A stretch of 63,454 nt of DNA, filler included, from Rhabdomonas costata (taxonomy: Eukaryota), in the NCBI GenBank assembly GCA_019059605.1. It is 22 parts of 22 records of this genome, joined end to end, with 100 filler letters (N's around TTAATTAATTAA, not from the genome) between each part and the next. Parts side by side here need not be neighbours in the genome. Positions count along the whole stretch, not along the records: positions 37,532 to 40,315 come from JAHMHO010002072.1; positions 40,416 to 43,197 come from JAHMHO010002073.1; positions 43,298 to 46,155 come from JAHMHO010002074.1; positions 46,256 to 49,039 come from JAHMHO010002075.1; positions 49,140 to 51,923 come from JAHMHO010002076.1; 17 more parts are not named here. One strand, given 5' to 3'. Below are positions 37,601 through 50,902 of this stretch, one piece after another; positions within the stretch are counted from its first letter, which is position 1, and each line of letters starts with the position of its first letter. Under the pieces are notes generated by a model. That model was not told where the DNA came from, made no database searches, and saw nothing but the letters and a program-made list of their open reading frames with translations. The translations under genes and the position numbers were made by a program.

Positions 37601-40600
37601 GTCGTGGTCGGGGTGGCCTCGCGGACAACGTTGCGGAGGTTGCTGCAGTGGAAGGGGCTCATGCAGTTTGCGCTGCGGGCGACGGTGTCCTGACAGAGAG
37701 AGACAGAGAGAGAGAAAGAGAGAGAGAGGCGTGGGAAGACCCAATATTCCTGAAATGTTCCAAAAGCTGGGTCTGGAGAAAGGATTCCCCCCCCCCTCAT
37801 TAATGGGCTAGTGCCATACAATGACAACCCTCGATCGGAATAAACGTCAGGCTTTATCTTCGACATCTTTGATAACACAGATCACATTGTCCACGCCACC
37901 TCACAACCAAAGAAGAAACCAAAAAACAATCCAATTCAAGCATTTCTGGGCATTACAGGAGGTAAAGGAAAAAAGAATGGGGTTTTAACTAAAGATTCTG
38001 TTCTTTGTGCTCTAAAATTGCCTCCAATTTTGGAGGTGACGATTATGCCATTTTGCACTCTCACTTCTCGTCTCTCAAATAAAATGAAAGGTGGTGCATT
38101 CAAACCGAAAGAAGAAAGGGGGGAAGCGGTGAACAAAGAGAGCACAGCTCCAGTGCCTGCAAGCGCACTTCACGAGATGGGATGGGATGGGACTTGCAAT
38201 GGGTATACCTTTCCCCTGAATGGACCCTCCCCACCACCTAGGGCATCGCCCCGCAATGCCTCGGGCTCGGCATCCCTCTGTGGGCCTGCCGTGGTGGCAG
38301 CTCTGACTGCCGGAGAGCTGCGAGAAAGCACACAATTGAACAAACGTACAAAGCGAACATGCATCGCATTCTCAGAGTCGCGATGACATCCCCCAACCGG
38401 TGACAAGAGAGAACCAATGGAAGTTTTTCCCCACCCCCACACAAGTGCAGCATACTGCATTCGTGTTGCTGCCCTTGCAAACACAAATCAAAAGAAAATG
38501 GCCCTCCTCTGCCTCCTTTCTCATTCCATTCTCTTCCACCTCTGCTCAAAAAGTTTTGGAGAGGAGTTTTGGTGCACATCGCACTGACCTGCAGGGTTCA
38601 GCGAAGGGTGGCGCAGCGGAGTCAGCAGGGCCTAAAGCAAACGAGCATACACAGTAGCGGTGCGAGACAACTGTGTTGGTTAAAGGCAATACAAACAAAA
38701 ATTAAGCCAATTAAGCCAAGCGCGAGGCAAGAAAGGAGAGTTCCGTAAGAACTTCGAATGTCAGTCTTCAGTGGCCAAGAGATTCCAAGATGAAAAGAGA
38801 CAGGCGGGAAAGCTTCTAAAAGAAGAAGAGAAAAAATGGTGAGCCACACCATCACATCAACACACGCTGACCTGCTGATGTGAGGGCCGGAAGGGAAGCG
38901 GTTGCGCCTCCAGGGCCCTTCCCACTGCTCCCCATCGGCTGTTCCACGATAGAGACCCGGCTGGTTCGCCGCTGAAGCACCCCAACACACCACACGTTGC
39001 AAATGAATAAATGGGTGAGGTCTTATTGACCTCTACCGCCAATTCCACCCTTATACCATCATCGCACTCACCTGCCTCTCACCATTCCCTATCTCTTCGC
39101 CTGTCCCCTCCCGTTCCACCGAGAGGTTCCTGTTTTGCTCCACTTCTGCACGGTACTGAGGGTATGATCCGTTCCAGGAGAAGCGAAAATAAAACACAGC
39201 AAAGGATCCCCCTGCAAATGTGGAAAAACATCGGCATGTCCTTGAAAAGTGACCTGTATTGGGAGGGGGTGAGATATGGCATAAAATCAGTAGTTTGTAG
39301 CGACTGGAGGGCAGGTGGAGGTGGAGGGGGAAACCTTCCGAGCCAACCCGTTCGATCGTTAAACCAACACTCTCTCAAGGCTCATATGATTAAGAAAATT
39401 TCGAAACAGAATTAGTCTCGTCCGTTTTGCTGAATGGGCGGGACGAGCGGGAGTAGGCAGTGAAAAGAAGCCGCCGCCGCGGAGAGCAGAGAGGGAAAGC
39501 CCACAACCTTTTCAATGGGTGGTAGCAGGGATTCCAGGGAGCCCAGTGACAACGAAGAAGCTGCTACCTGTCAAAAGACAACGCATCTACACAGACACTT
39601 CTGATTCGAAAACAAGTTTGACGAACAACAAGCGATACACATCGGCGTTCGGGTCTGATTCTGCTCATGCGAGTGGGAAATCCCACTCTCCAGCAATGTT
39701 CCAACGTTGTCCCATGATATGCTTTTGCATACTGTCCCGAGATCCCTCTGCACTTCAAACCAATTCACGTGCTGAGTACACAGTGCAAAAAAAAAAGACC
39801 AGTTGGGGCAGTTACCATTCTCGAGCTCTCTAGAGCGAAGCGGGAAAAAGAGGGGCGATGAGCAGGAGCACCGTGTTTCCAGGCCGTTTGTTGAGGGCCC
39901 CCCCTGAAGTGGGACTCCCGATGATACTCTGCGTGACGAAGAAAGCCATGTAAATAACATATCCTCACCGTATGCCAACAGAAAGGAAGGTTCGAGTCCA
40001 ATTGGGGTTCAGAATTGAAACCCTTGAACTGTCAGGGGGTCAGGTTAACTCGCTGTCAGCTTTAGACGCATTAACCAGCAAGGGAAGGGGACTACCTATT
40101 GCTTTTACCACACACACATATGTACATATGCTCTAACTTGTTGCTTCCTCTGCTGTTCCCGTTCTCTCCCTCTCCTTCTCACCCCTCTTCCTTTCCAACA
40201 ATTTTCCCCCAGTGAGTCAGTTTGCCTCGTGTTCAGCAAAGCTTTCAAATAAATAAATAAATAAATGGCATAGGTGCACTAGACGGGCCCAAAGGCACAG
40301 AAGAGAGCACAGCCANNNNNNNNNNNNNNNNNNNNNNNNNNNNNNNNNNNNNNNNNNNNTTAATTAATTAANNNNNNNNNNNNNNNNNNNNNNNNNNNNN
40401 NNNNNNNNNNNNNNNAAATCAAATCATTGAGGTGGCCTCTCCATCCGTGTCGATTTTGTCTAGCGAGTGGTTTCCTTGATTTTCAGGCGGATTGTCTATT
40501 GGAAAAAGCCACAATACTACCTATACACCCAGTTCTCCTCTTCCGATATCTAGGATATCAAATGGAAATATAGGTATTTCGGTAACGTAAAGTTAAATGT

Positions 40601-42830
40601 TCTCCAAGGTTCAAAGCAGTACGCAGCAGATGGACCACATTGTTGAGAATGGCCACTTCCTGGACTTTATTCCAAAGAATGTAAGCAAAGAAAGGAAACA
40701 CGAGGCAGGAGAGGAATAAGTTGTGGAAACAAATCGTGGTGCACGTGGTCCGAATGGAGCGGATGGAGGCAAAGGGGGGGCATAAAAGCAAAGCCAATCT
40801 GCCCCAAAGCCAAACCGTGCTGTGGAGTAAGCAAGCAAGAGGCAGTTTGTTCTGGAAGTGCTGTCGCTCTCCATTTCCGAGCAGGACGACAAGCACGACC
40901 AGCACAACCACAGAAACCGGCGGCAACAGGACGAGTGGACCTGGCCCGCATGAAGATATTGGTTTCTGTCCCTTGCTGGTCGCAAGTGTGGCCATCGCTA
41001 CAAAAGAAAGGCGCTGTACCTTTTAGGCGCAGACACTGCCAACGGTACCACGGAATTCAAATACACCAATGATTGCCAGTGAATGTCATTCATATGGAAT
41101 ACGGTGCGGAATTACTGGGTCCCTTTGCAGGTCCCTATGGCCACACGTCTTCAATGCGGCGGTCCCCGGGAGACCTGTATCTTCCAGGGTAATGCCACGG
41201 AGGTGTGTTCCACAGAGAGACTGAATGGAGCTGGTACAAGAAGAAGATTACGAAGTGGGAAAGTCCAGACCTGTATCAAACTGCTGAAGTTGTGTGGGGA
41301 AGCTGCTCTGCAGGATCTTATGTCCTGAAACAAAATAAGCTGCAAGATACGCTTGATTGGATTCAAGTAAACGTTCCAGCCATGGATAGGAAGGCAAAAA
41401 TGATCTCGGTTGAAACGGCTATCATCGACTAATTCAAGTGGCTACAACCTCCTTCAAGGAACATACACATCCTGAAACTAGATTTTGGCCACAAGAACGT
41501 CTGTCAACTCCTCCTCCGCAATGTCCTGTGCAAAGGAGCGTTTACATAAACACCAAAACCATGAGGTCACTGCGGCCACCATGGTGTACGACAGGTTTGG
41601 ACCGCAGTTGCAATCCATTCTCAGCAACTATGTCAAGGCCTTCCATGAACTGGAACTTTACAAGGCTATAAAGAATCAAACATATTGCAACAGCTTCCTG
41701 TTAAATCTCGAGGCGGCATGCTCCAATGAGTTTGGCCACTTTAATAACATTGACACAAAAAACCTCAAGTGGCCCTATCTCCGGAATATAGCTAGGATAG
41801 ATGGGCCGCAATTTACGCCCTCAGGGCAATATCGAACACGTCTTCTAGTACCTGAAGATCTCACTGTACTCGGCTCCTACCGCCATGAGACGCAAGGTTT
41901 TCCTGTATTTGTGGCTGCAATTCTGGAAGCGCAAAAGCATCAGGTTTTAATGATGAAAGGATCCCTTGGCATGGAGTTCATCTGCAAGCGCTGATACCAC
42001 AAAGAAATGGCCATTTACCTCTCGTACAACAAAGTCCTTGTTTTAATACAACACAAATTGACTTGAACTCAAACTGCTGCTTCCGCACTGTGTATAGAGC
42101 TGTGTACATCTACGGCATTTGGAAGCTGACAAAGAAGACGTTACGAGTTATTTAGGGAGACAGGTGAAAACCCTCCGATCAGGGCAAAGAGAGCAACCAT
42201 GGTCACATGTGCAACAGATATTCAAATCTCACACTACCGTTTTTTGCATGCTGCATGTTGAAGAAACCCTCCAGGAAAACGAAGAGCTGCGGCAATTGAA
42301 TGAATGCATGAATAGTAGGAGCTTTCAAACAAATGGTGAGAAAATCAAAGGATAAAGTCCTGGAGCATGTGCAGAAGACTTCATAATTCTTCACCACGTA
42401 CACCAATTTTCCTTTTGTAAGGATGATCAAAAACGTCAAGTAATACATCTGGGAATCATTTACCCTGAAGTCGGCGCTGAAAAGCCTCAGCAGCTTTAGT
42501 TGTGCGCTTGCGGTGTTAACGTTGCCTGGAATGGGATGTAGTGGGCCTGAAGGCTCAGTAACAATAAGTTGTAAGGGCACTGATTCCGCTAGTGACGACA
42601 CTAGTTGCGCGTTAGGTACGTTATGGTCCACGAAGACAACTAATAAGGTTGATGTGCAACTTGTGGTGTCATTAGATACAATGGTATTGCAGAATTCAGT
42701 GGCGACTGTTTGAGTACTTTACGTGCTTAGTAAAAGTGGTCTTCGTCTAATTAGTATTTAGATTTCAAAGGCGGAGCTCAACTATCCACCACTGGAGGTG
42801 GATGCTCCACGGCAGACGTCTCAATGTAAC

Positions 42831-43196
42831 TTGTTGCTGAGTCGGAATATTTGGAGGATGGTCCACTGTTAGGCGTTCCATGTTGATAATGATCTTTGTC
42901 GTCGTCTTCCTGTAGAAAATAAACAGGGTCCATTATGGCCGAGATGGATGGTGTGGAAGACACGCGTAGCGTGTTCAATTATTTCGAAGAGATTTTAGAA
43001 ACGTATTGCCGTGGGGCACATTACTTTTTCAATCAAAAGCGATCCGAATGCTATCTGGAACAAGAGAAAAACGGTCCAATTAGTCTGGCTGATGTTTGGT
43101 CTTGTTGACATGTACCAGATTTCATACGCAAAAATCATTATCAACATGGAACGCCTAACAGTGGACCATCCTCCAAATATTCCGACTCACCAACAA
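42831..43196. repeat. Inverted repeat: 56-bp perfect arms (63 bp with one mismatch), 240-bp spacer
   Basis: 42838-42893 (TGAGTCGGAATATTTGGAGG...TTGATAATGAT) is the exact reverse complement of 43134-43189. The match extends to the contig end. Confidence 0.95.
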
Positions 43197-43297
43197 ANNN
43201 NNNNNNNNNNNNNNNNNNNNNNNNNNNNNNNNNNNNNNNNNTTAATTAATTAANNNNNNNNNNNNNNNNNNNNNNNNNNNNNNNNNNNNNNNNNNNN

Positions 43298-43781
43298 GGT
43301 TTGCGTATTACATACCATCGGAGTTGTCGGAGTTGGTGTCGGGGTATGGGACAGAGCTTGCCGGGTTGTCGTGTGTTTTGATTGCATATTCGGAGTATTG
43401 CGTCGTTCTAGGTGATGCTGGTGGTGCTTTGGTGCTTGGTGTGTTTGCGGTGGCTGGTTATGTATCGGGTGTTGGTGCATTGGGTCTGCTGTACTTGTTG
43501 TGGTTGGTGTTGCGATTGACATGGCCTAGGTTTCGCTTGGCGTACTTGTTGCATGTTGGGTTCTGCACACTTTCTACGATATTGGCTTTCCGTTGGTGCT
43601 GAATCTATTGGTGTCTGCTGCTGGGTTGCTGTCTCTGCTGCTGCGTCCTTTCCTATCCGGCTTTGCACTTGCAAGTTGGTATCCAGGTGTTAGTGTTGGC
43701 GTTGGTGTTGGCGTTGGGTCTCTCTCTCTCTCTCTCTCTCTCTCTCGCGTGTATTCTTATTGTATTGTGTGTGTAGGGTAT

Positions 43782-43815
<34 letters not shown>
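43298..43815 (+). repeat. G/T-rich low-complexity tract (degenerate GTTGGT units) plus (TC)14 at 43719-43746 and (GT)16 at 43783-43815
   Basis: Seen directly. Confidence 0.85.
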
Positions 43816-43816
<1 letters not shown>

Positions 43817-44979
43817 AATTTAGTGTGCAATTTAAATGCCCCGGCCCACCAACCTATAAGGAATTGGTACTGTCCGCCGATGTCAAAGCGGTTTAGTCCA
43901 CCTTCAATGCAGGAGCGCGGTCTGACTGAGCATGTCCGTTCCCCGATCATGAAAATTTCCTGGGAACAGCAACCAAGCTTTGGAAGTGAGGAGGATGCGA
44001 CGTTGTGTCCAACCACAGTTTTCCTGCGGGCACTTTGACTGGTACTTTGAGGAGCATCTTTCGCAAGCCAAAAACATCATCAATTGAGCAGGTACTATTC
44101 GGCTAATCCTATGGACGGTGAGGCTGAGGGCTACAACTCTTTCAACTACCAATGGTGACCGGAACAAATTCTTTTCGCAAATCCTCCCTGGTACAATGTG
44201 CTCGACAAAATCTCTCCCATGGGTTCACGTAGAACCCATGGGTACCCAAGCAGTAGGGGCCCCCAGGCAAAGGAGCTTTGCAACAATGCATGGGGCGTTA
44301 AGACATTTAGGGAGCATACGTAGCAAGCAAAAGCAAGAATACGCACCTGCAAGTAGGGGCCACACGAACTCAGTGAGTGGGTTATCAAGAGAATTGTAGC
44401 ATGGGAGCGTAGCGAACATGCGACCAAGTAATAAAGGAGAATCTGAGCGTTTGTAAAGGTGCGACGACCATGAAGACCTTTTAATCTCGTACCCATCGGT
44501 CCTTGCGTTTTTCGCTAGACCATCATCGTCTCAACGTTAGCTCCACCTCTGTCACGGCACAGCCCGATAATTTCACGGTTCTCTCCATTCAGATTCCTTT
44601 TGCAAACTGCAAGCAGCGGATTTCCCGAAGCATCACAAAACCAGTAAGTAAGGTCCGAGGTAACACGTAACACAACAGGACACCCGAAAATCTCTCACTG
44701 CACAAAAGCACAATCCACACAGCCCACGATGGGGGACATCACAAACTATACACTGGGGGAGGAAACAGACCTTTCCCCCATAATTGAACAATCACGTAAT
44801 CCAACGGAACCCCCTCTGCGCGACATCGCGACGAACGCATGGCCGGCCGCTGCAGAAGATCCTCACCACTTTGCCCCACAGCGCGGCCCGATCGACCGAA
44901 ACGTTACAAACACAAAAAAACGCAACCACGGCAGTCAATAAGTCCGCGGAACTCCCTCATATAGAGAGCACCTGGGAAA

Positions 44980-46155
44980 TCACTCGGCTGGGCTGCTTGG
45001 GAAAACCCATTGGGGTATCCCGTCGGAAGTATAGAAGTAACGCTGCCCACTCATGTTGCGAGCAGAAAACCACCCCACGGGAAGGTCATTGTCCGAGTCC
45101 ACCTCGGCTCCAGGGCCCTCCGCCGAAGCGGAGGAGACCGAAAGCGCACCCCCAGTGCCCCCGGCACCTTTGCGCTTGGGAGGAGGGGGCGCCGGGGAGG
45201 ACGAACCTTGAGTGACCCGCCTCTTCGTGGCCAGCCCGCCTCGGGAGGTGCTTCCGCCACCGCCCTGCAGCCGCTGCGCAGTCCACTCCGAGAGAGGGCG
45301 AGTGCGGCTGAGCACTCGGGGAAGGGACTGCAGTTTCGTGTCCGCGGGTAAGTTGGTGTGAAATCTCAGGCGATCGGGGTACACACCCTGAAGGTGCAGC
45401 AGGGACACAAAGGAGGAGAGGTGGGCACGGCACTCTGCGGGGTCCGTGCCGTAGCACACAATGAGCTGCTGGAAGTCTACTGTATCCGTGGGGTCGAAGA
45501 ACAACGGCTCCTGAGAAGAAGAACATGGTGAAAAGGAAAGGAAAGAGCGAACGAGCAAGTGCTACCTTTGATGCTGTCCTTTCTGGAATGGGTGGGTCAA
45601 TGAGTAGTCATCTCACGGGAACATCAACTACAAGTCTTCATGTTTCCATGGCCCAAGAAAAATGGTTTCTTTCATAGCCTGGCTGCCGAAGGAGCCAGGG
45701 GAGACGTCGATATGACCCTATCCCCCCCCCCCCGAAAAACCCGTCCCGCATTAGCATTGCTTCCCAACCCTACGGGTGAACAAAGACCTAAACACCTCAT
45801 TGTACCGATGACGTGCAGGACCGCCAAAAAATGAAACGCACGGACACTCCAGTCGCTCCTCTACGGGTAAACACAGCTTGTCTCCGAGAAAGCAACAACA
45901 TGCTTTTCGCGGTTTTGGACTGATGTCTGGATCCTGTCGGAGGACTGCAAGTCGTTCTCGTCCCAGCCCCAGCTTTTTCTTTTTCAACAAGATGCAAATC
46001 AGATAAGGCAAATCTGAAACCTGTGTCAAGAGCAGCGCAGTTGTCCACACACCTTTTGACCCCGCAGGTCCCATGCGTGCTCGACGAAGTTGTTATCCAT
46101 GTCGAGCCCGACCACGGCCGCAGCAACCTCGCAAAACCCCACAGCAACCACCACC
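44980..46155 (-). CDS. C-terminal WW-domain protein (last two exons); upstream part resembles a biotin carboxylase C-terminal domain
   Basis: Exons from the contig end to 46053, and 45510-44980 (phase 0, GT-AG). The WW domain is DLPVGWFSARNMSGQRYFYTSDGIPQWVFP. Upstream is QLIVCYGTDPAECRAHLSSFVSLLHLQGV..HTNLP. Confidence 0.75.
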
Positions 46156-46728
46156 NNNNNNNNNNNNNNNNNNNNNNNNNNNNNNNNNNNNNNNNNNNNT
46201 TAATTAATTAANNNNNNNNNNNNNNNNNNNNNNNNNNNNNNNNNNNNNNNNNNNNGTGGTGGGTGTGTTTGGTGGTGTGTTGTTCTTTGTGTTCCCCGTG
46301 TCTTCTTTTTTCTGGGACGGTTGCCGTTTCTTCCCACTGAAGTGTCGTAATTTCTGTTGTATTTTAGCATTGGGGGAGAGAGGGTGAGTGGTGTGGTGAA
46401 GTGGCATCGGCTCTTTCGGACAGGCTTCTGCACCGGCTCTAGAACCGGAGAGAGGCCCCCACCCCTTTAGCCTTGAACTCATAACAGAGAGCAGGGTGAA
46501 ACCCGAGCATTGAATGCACCTTTACTCGGTCGCATATTCATCCAGAGTGTGAGGGGATCCATTGGTGTGTCGTGTCGGAGAGGGAAGGGGCTCCAGGGTT
46601 GCTTTATTTGCTTAAAAGCGTTTGTTTAAAAACGAATTAGTTCTTTGAAAGTCGATCAGCAGCCGCGGTTTCATTTTCACCATCTTAACTCGACTGTTTT
46701 CCCCCTCTTCTTTTGGCGGACCTATCAG

Positions 46729-48132
46729 GTGAGTGTGGAGGACCTCCCGATGAAGGACCACAAGGAGGATGTGCAGATGATGGAGATCCCCGGGGACGCC
46801 GCGAGGTTCATCATGGGCAGCAAGGGCGCAGGCCTGCGGTCCATTGAGCAAGAGACGGGCACCTTCCTCTTCATGGTACACGCACCCGCTGCTGGAACAC
46901 GAAGTAGGTGGTTGGCTAACTGATTGTACAATGGTTGGCGAAAACGGTGATTGCTTTCGCATTCCTGAAATTTGGCTAGGGGCTCAAGAACAGTGTACCT
47001 TACCCCTTGCTCAAAACATGACCGACTCGGTCCTTTCAACACTACTGCATTCTTCGTCATGGTGTGGCGTTGCGTTGGTGGTTCCGAAACATGATTCACT
47101 AGAAAATTTTGAAAAAGCGCCGGTTACTATGGTCAACATCCGTTCTTGCTCGTTCAAGTGCCGCTCAATGGTGTGCACAGACGGAGCACGCCTGTCAGCG
47201 GCCTCACGACCAAAACCATGACACGAGCACGCGGTGGGGAGCCCTGATGAAGTCTTAACTCCACCACCCCGCACCCGAGTGAGTGTGGGGGATATACCGC
47301 AGTACCGCTTCGCTTTGCAGCTTCGTCCATTAATGGAGGATTGCCTTCCAGTCACAGTGCAGCACCGAAGGCAGACACGTGGATGCATACACACACATAC
47401 TTTCTCGGATAGGCCCGTGAGAGCGGGGGGCGGGAGAAGCTTCTGATCTGCTCCGCGGACGCCGCGGGCCGCCGGAAGGCGCAGCAGCTGCTCGTGGCGC
47501 AGCTCCGGGACAACCCCAGGGATCGCGACCGGTTCTCAGACAGGGACCGCTACAGCGACGACCGTGGCTCCCCCCGCCGCAGCCGCAGCTACGGCCGCTA
47601 CAGCGATCGTGGTGAGCCTTTTTTTACATTGCTGTGATACACTGCCCAGTTTTTTGTGGAGACAAGTAGCTTCTGCCATCAACGCAACAAAAAAAGTTCG
47701 TATCTGATTGGCGTTTTCAATTGAACTGGTTGACACTGAAATGCAACATCAATGAACGTTCTATGGGATGGACGATCGCGCGTTTAGCAGTTTAAACGTT
47801 TGACCTCCCCTCCCTCCCACCAAAATGAAGTGCAAGGAGACCCACTGCTTGATAGGTTGTTAGTTTGGGTTTCCTCTTCCCCACGTCTGCTCCTTTTCAG
47901 GGAGGAGTCGCTCCCGGGACCGAGGTGTGCATCCCACTTCTCTTTCTCTGTAGAAGTCACTCTCAATGTTCGATTGATGTGACACCTGCGCCGTGTTCGA
48001 CAACGGCAGCGGCCGCTTTGTTTCAGCCCTTTCTTTAGTCTTTGCCGGAGGACTCTGCTCTTGCTTGAGGCTGTCCTCTTGGTGCTCTTTACAGTGCAAG
48101 AGAACGTGGTCCTGCTAAGGCTTCGCGGCTGA
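46729..48132 (+). CDS. KH-domain RNA-binding protein with RD/RS-rich tail (3' part)
   Basis: Exons 46729-46875, 47413-47611, 47901-47924 and 48095-48132 join in phase. KH GxxG loop MEIPGDAARFIMGSKGAGLRSIEQETGT, then EKLLICSADAAGRRKAQQLL, then RDRDRFSDRDRYSDDRGSPRRSRS..GRSRSRDR. Confidence 0.85.
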
Positions 48133-50902
48133 AGTTCGCCCTTGCCCAGCCGACCTGGAACTGGCCTAGCTCTGTAGGAAAGATCTTGCTCAGGGGCGAC
48201 ACAAGGGGCGAAGATCTTGGAATGGCTCCGCAAAGTGCCCATGCAGGAAGGCCACCTATAGTTCTGCCTCAGCTCGTGCTCATACCGGACTGCACGCCAT
48301 GAGCTACGCGCTGATGAATTGTGGACCCACCAAGCCCACCACCACCAAGGTTCAGGCCCCGTTCGAGATTGTTCCAGGCCATAACACCTAATCGCAACGC
48401 CTCTTCGTCCGGCACCCTTCAGCCCCCTTGCTTCGTGTACCTCTGTCCCCTGAGGTGCACTCCGTTTCCCTTTCTTATGGGGGCCTGTGGAGTTGGTTCA
48501 GTTTTGGTGCTATTACACCGGGAATCGGGAATGGAGGCTTGTGTTTACGCCTTATGGTCTCCCTATTACCTGTCAATTGTGGGCGACAGCATCCTTACTT
48601 TGGTCTGCATTCATTGTGAATGGCGCGTAATTGGAATCAGGGGTGGTGTATGACGCTGTTGGAATAATGATTGAATTCCAAGGGAGGGGCGGGGGGTCTG
48701 TACTTTGTTTTTGAGGTGTGCAGATGGTGTTCTCCCAACAGCAGGTGGTTCCAGCCTCATGCTGAAGAGAATGATTGCTCTGCCACCCATCGAAAATTCT
48801 CTTCTGATACCCCAGAAAGTGAAACAGACCCTGGTGAATCCAGGATCCTCTTTCATCAACCCAGGCCTCAAGAAAGACCTTAAAAGAGATGCCCACGTCT
48901 GGTGAAGTACGTGGTATAGATGCTGGCCCTTGTTGGTGAACTGAAGAGAGGATTCGTATTGCTATCTACCGACGGTATCATGGGAGGTGTTGACCTTTGT
49001 GTGGGCTCAGGTCGTCGTGACATTCATCCCAACCCCCCCNNNNNNNNNNNNNNNNNNNNNNNNNNNNNNNNNNNNNNNNNNNNTTAATTAATTAANNNNN
49101 NNNNNNNNNNNNNNNNNNNNNNNNNNNNNNNNNNNNNNNTGTGGTGGGGGATGGCCCGTGCTAACGTCTAGGGAAGGGAACAGGGGGTGTGCACTTATGA
49201 GGCGGTGGGAGGGAGCCCTCGACGAGTGGTTAAATTGTGAGACAATGAGGAGGGCCGCCGCACGGGCTTTGGCGCCAATGGAAAGGGACGTGCCTGGTTC
49301 TGCAGCAACTGCTTCCCGTTTACGTTTACCGGGCAGGATGAGAGTTCCACCCCGGGCTGCAGGGCAGGCCGAGTTAGCAGAAGGGTCACAAAAATCAAAA
49401 CCTGTGTGGGACGTCTGAACAGTGCCCCCTATTAGGTAGAGCTCGACCAAGGGCACAACAAGGACGACGCAGAGAAAGGGAAGTGTCGGGACAGGAATGT
49501 GGACCCGGAGGGACATCCCTGTCCCGGAAGCACTGGTGAGGGAAACGCAAGAATTAGCAATAAAAACCCTGCGCACAAAAGCAACAATCGACAGCGTATT
49601 GGCACGAAGCTATAGCAGCAGAGTGAAAATTCCAATATAGCACCTTGATGTGCCTTAAGTCTCTGACTTTTTGCGATTATTCAACAACACACAAGGACAC
49701 ACTTTCAATCTTCCGCACGAGGCTAGCCTCTTGACAGACGGGCATCGGTAAACACCCCAGCAAGTGCCTATCACAACCAACGCAAAAACCAAGGCGAATG
49801 GAGTTTTTGGGGCATTTCTCCGCACTCTTACCCCCCATCTGCTGCTATCGCAATGTTTTGGTTTGCCCCTCCGTTCCTTCTCTCTTTTCCACTTTCTTCT
49901 CATCCTCGTTTGTTTGCTGCCTTTTGCTGTCTTGGTTGCGTTTGTATGCTACTCCGCTTCGATCAACAATACAAAGGAAATATTCTTCATTCGGCACCTG
50001 GGCATGCCATACAACGGCGCATCCTTCCCCCTGTTTCCTCAAAGTGAGCCTCTCTGTTTACGTACGCATGCTGTTGTATTTTCAGTTAAGCTATTGCCGC
50101 TCCGCTTTTCTTCCATACAAGGTGTAAACAATGCTATGGACCACCGTTAAGACATCTCACGCCGGAGGGCCCACACGTCTCCAAAGGCAAACATCAGAGA
50201 AAATCACACTCGCCTCAAAAGCCTCCACGGATAATTGGCGAGGAAGAAGCCCGCAGAGGCTGTGAGAGGCACACAGCAGGAAGCTGGAATGCGCAAGCGT
50301 AATAAAGGCTCCTAATTACTGTTGACGTGGCACTGTTTCTGCGCACCAACACACAAAATATACGCGCAAGCAACTGCTGCTGAGCTTCCCAGTTCTCATG
50401 GAGTGCTGAGACGATATTGTGCGTTTGAAATACTGACGCAGCATGAATAAGGCATACATTCGACTATAAACACAAGTGTGAGAAGACAGTATCACTGCCG
50501 TCCTTCATGCACACGATGGCTGTAAAACGCAGAGAGGACGCACATCCGAACCCAACAGAACTGACTGAGGGATTGAAGGGGAGGGCACCCAACTCCTCCG
50601 AAATTAATACTCTTAGAGGATGTGTATCTGCGCCATTTAAAACATCAGACTCATCAGCACTCTTGAGTGCAGCCATCGAAAATGCTAATCTCTTAGTATA
50701 TCGCCTTTCTCCCATTGGTCAATTCCAATCCGAACACTAATCACGAGAAACGATAGAGAGAAAAGAGCGATACACAAGCCAAAGGGATCTTCCCAAGCTA
50801 GGGAGGTGGAAGGAAGTTAGGAATGTGTGTGTTTGTGTGTGTGGGATCCACAAACCGAGGCTCACTAATGCCCCACAGAGGGCAGGGAGGGCTGCAGGTT
50901 AC

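Noticed and set aside
39989-39999. GGTTCGAGTCC, resembling a tRNA T-loop / B-box
   Set aside because: I could not build an acceptor stem, D-arm or anticodon arm around it.
43250-43823. Hydrophobic and Thr/Gln/Pro-rich ORFs resembling membrane or mucin proteins
   Set aside because: They arise from the G/T-rich low-complexity tract and microsatellites.
49230-49434. WFCSNC zinc-finger-like peptide
   Set aside because: A single CxxC with no partner ligands or convincing exon boundaries.
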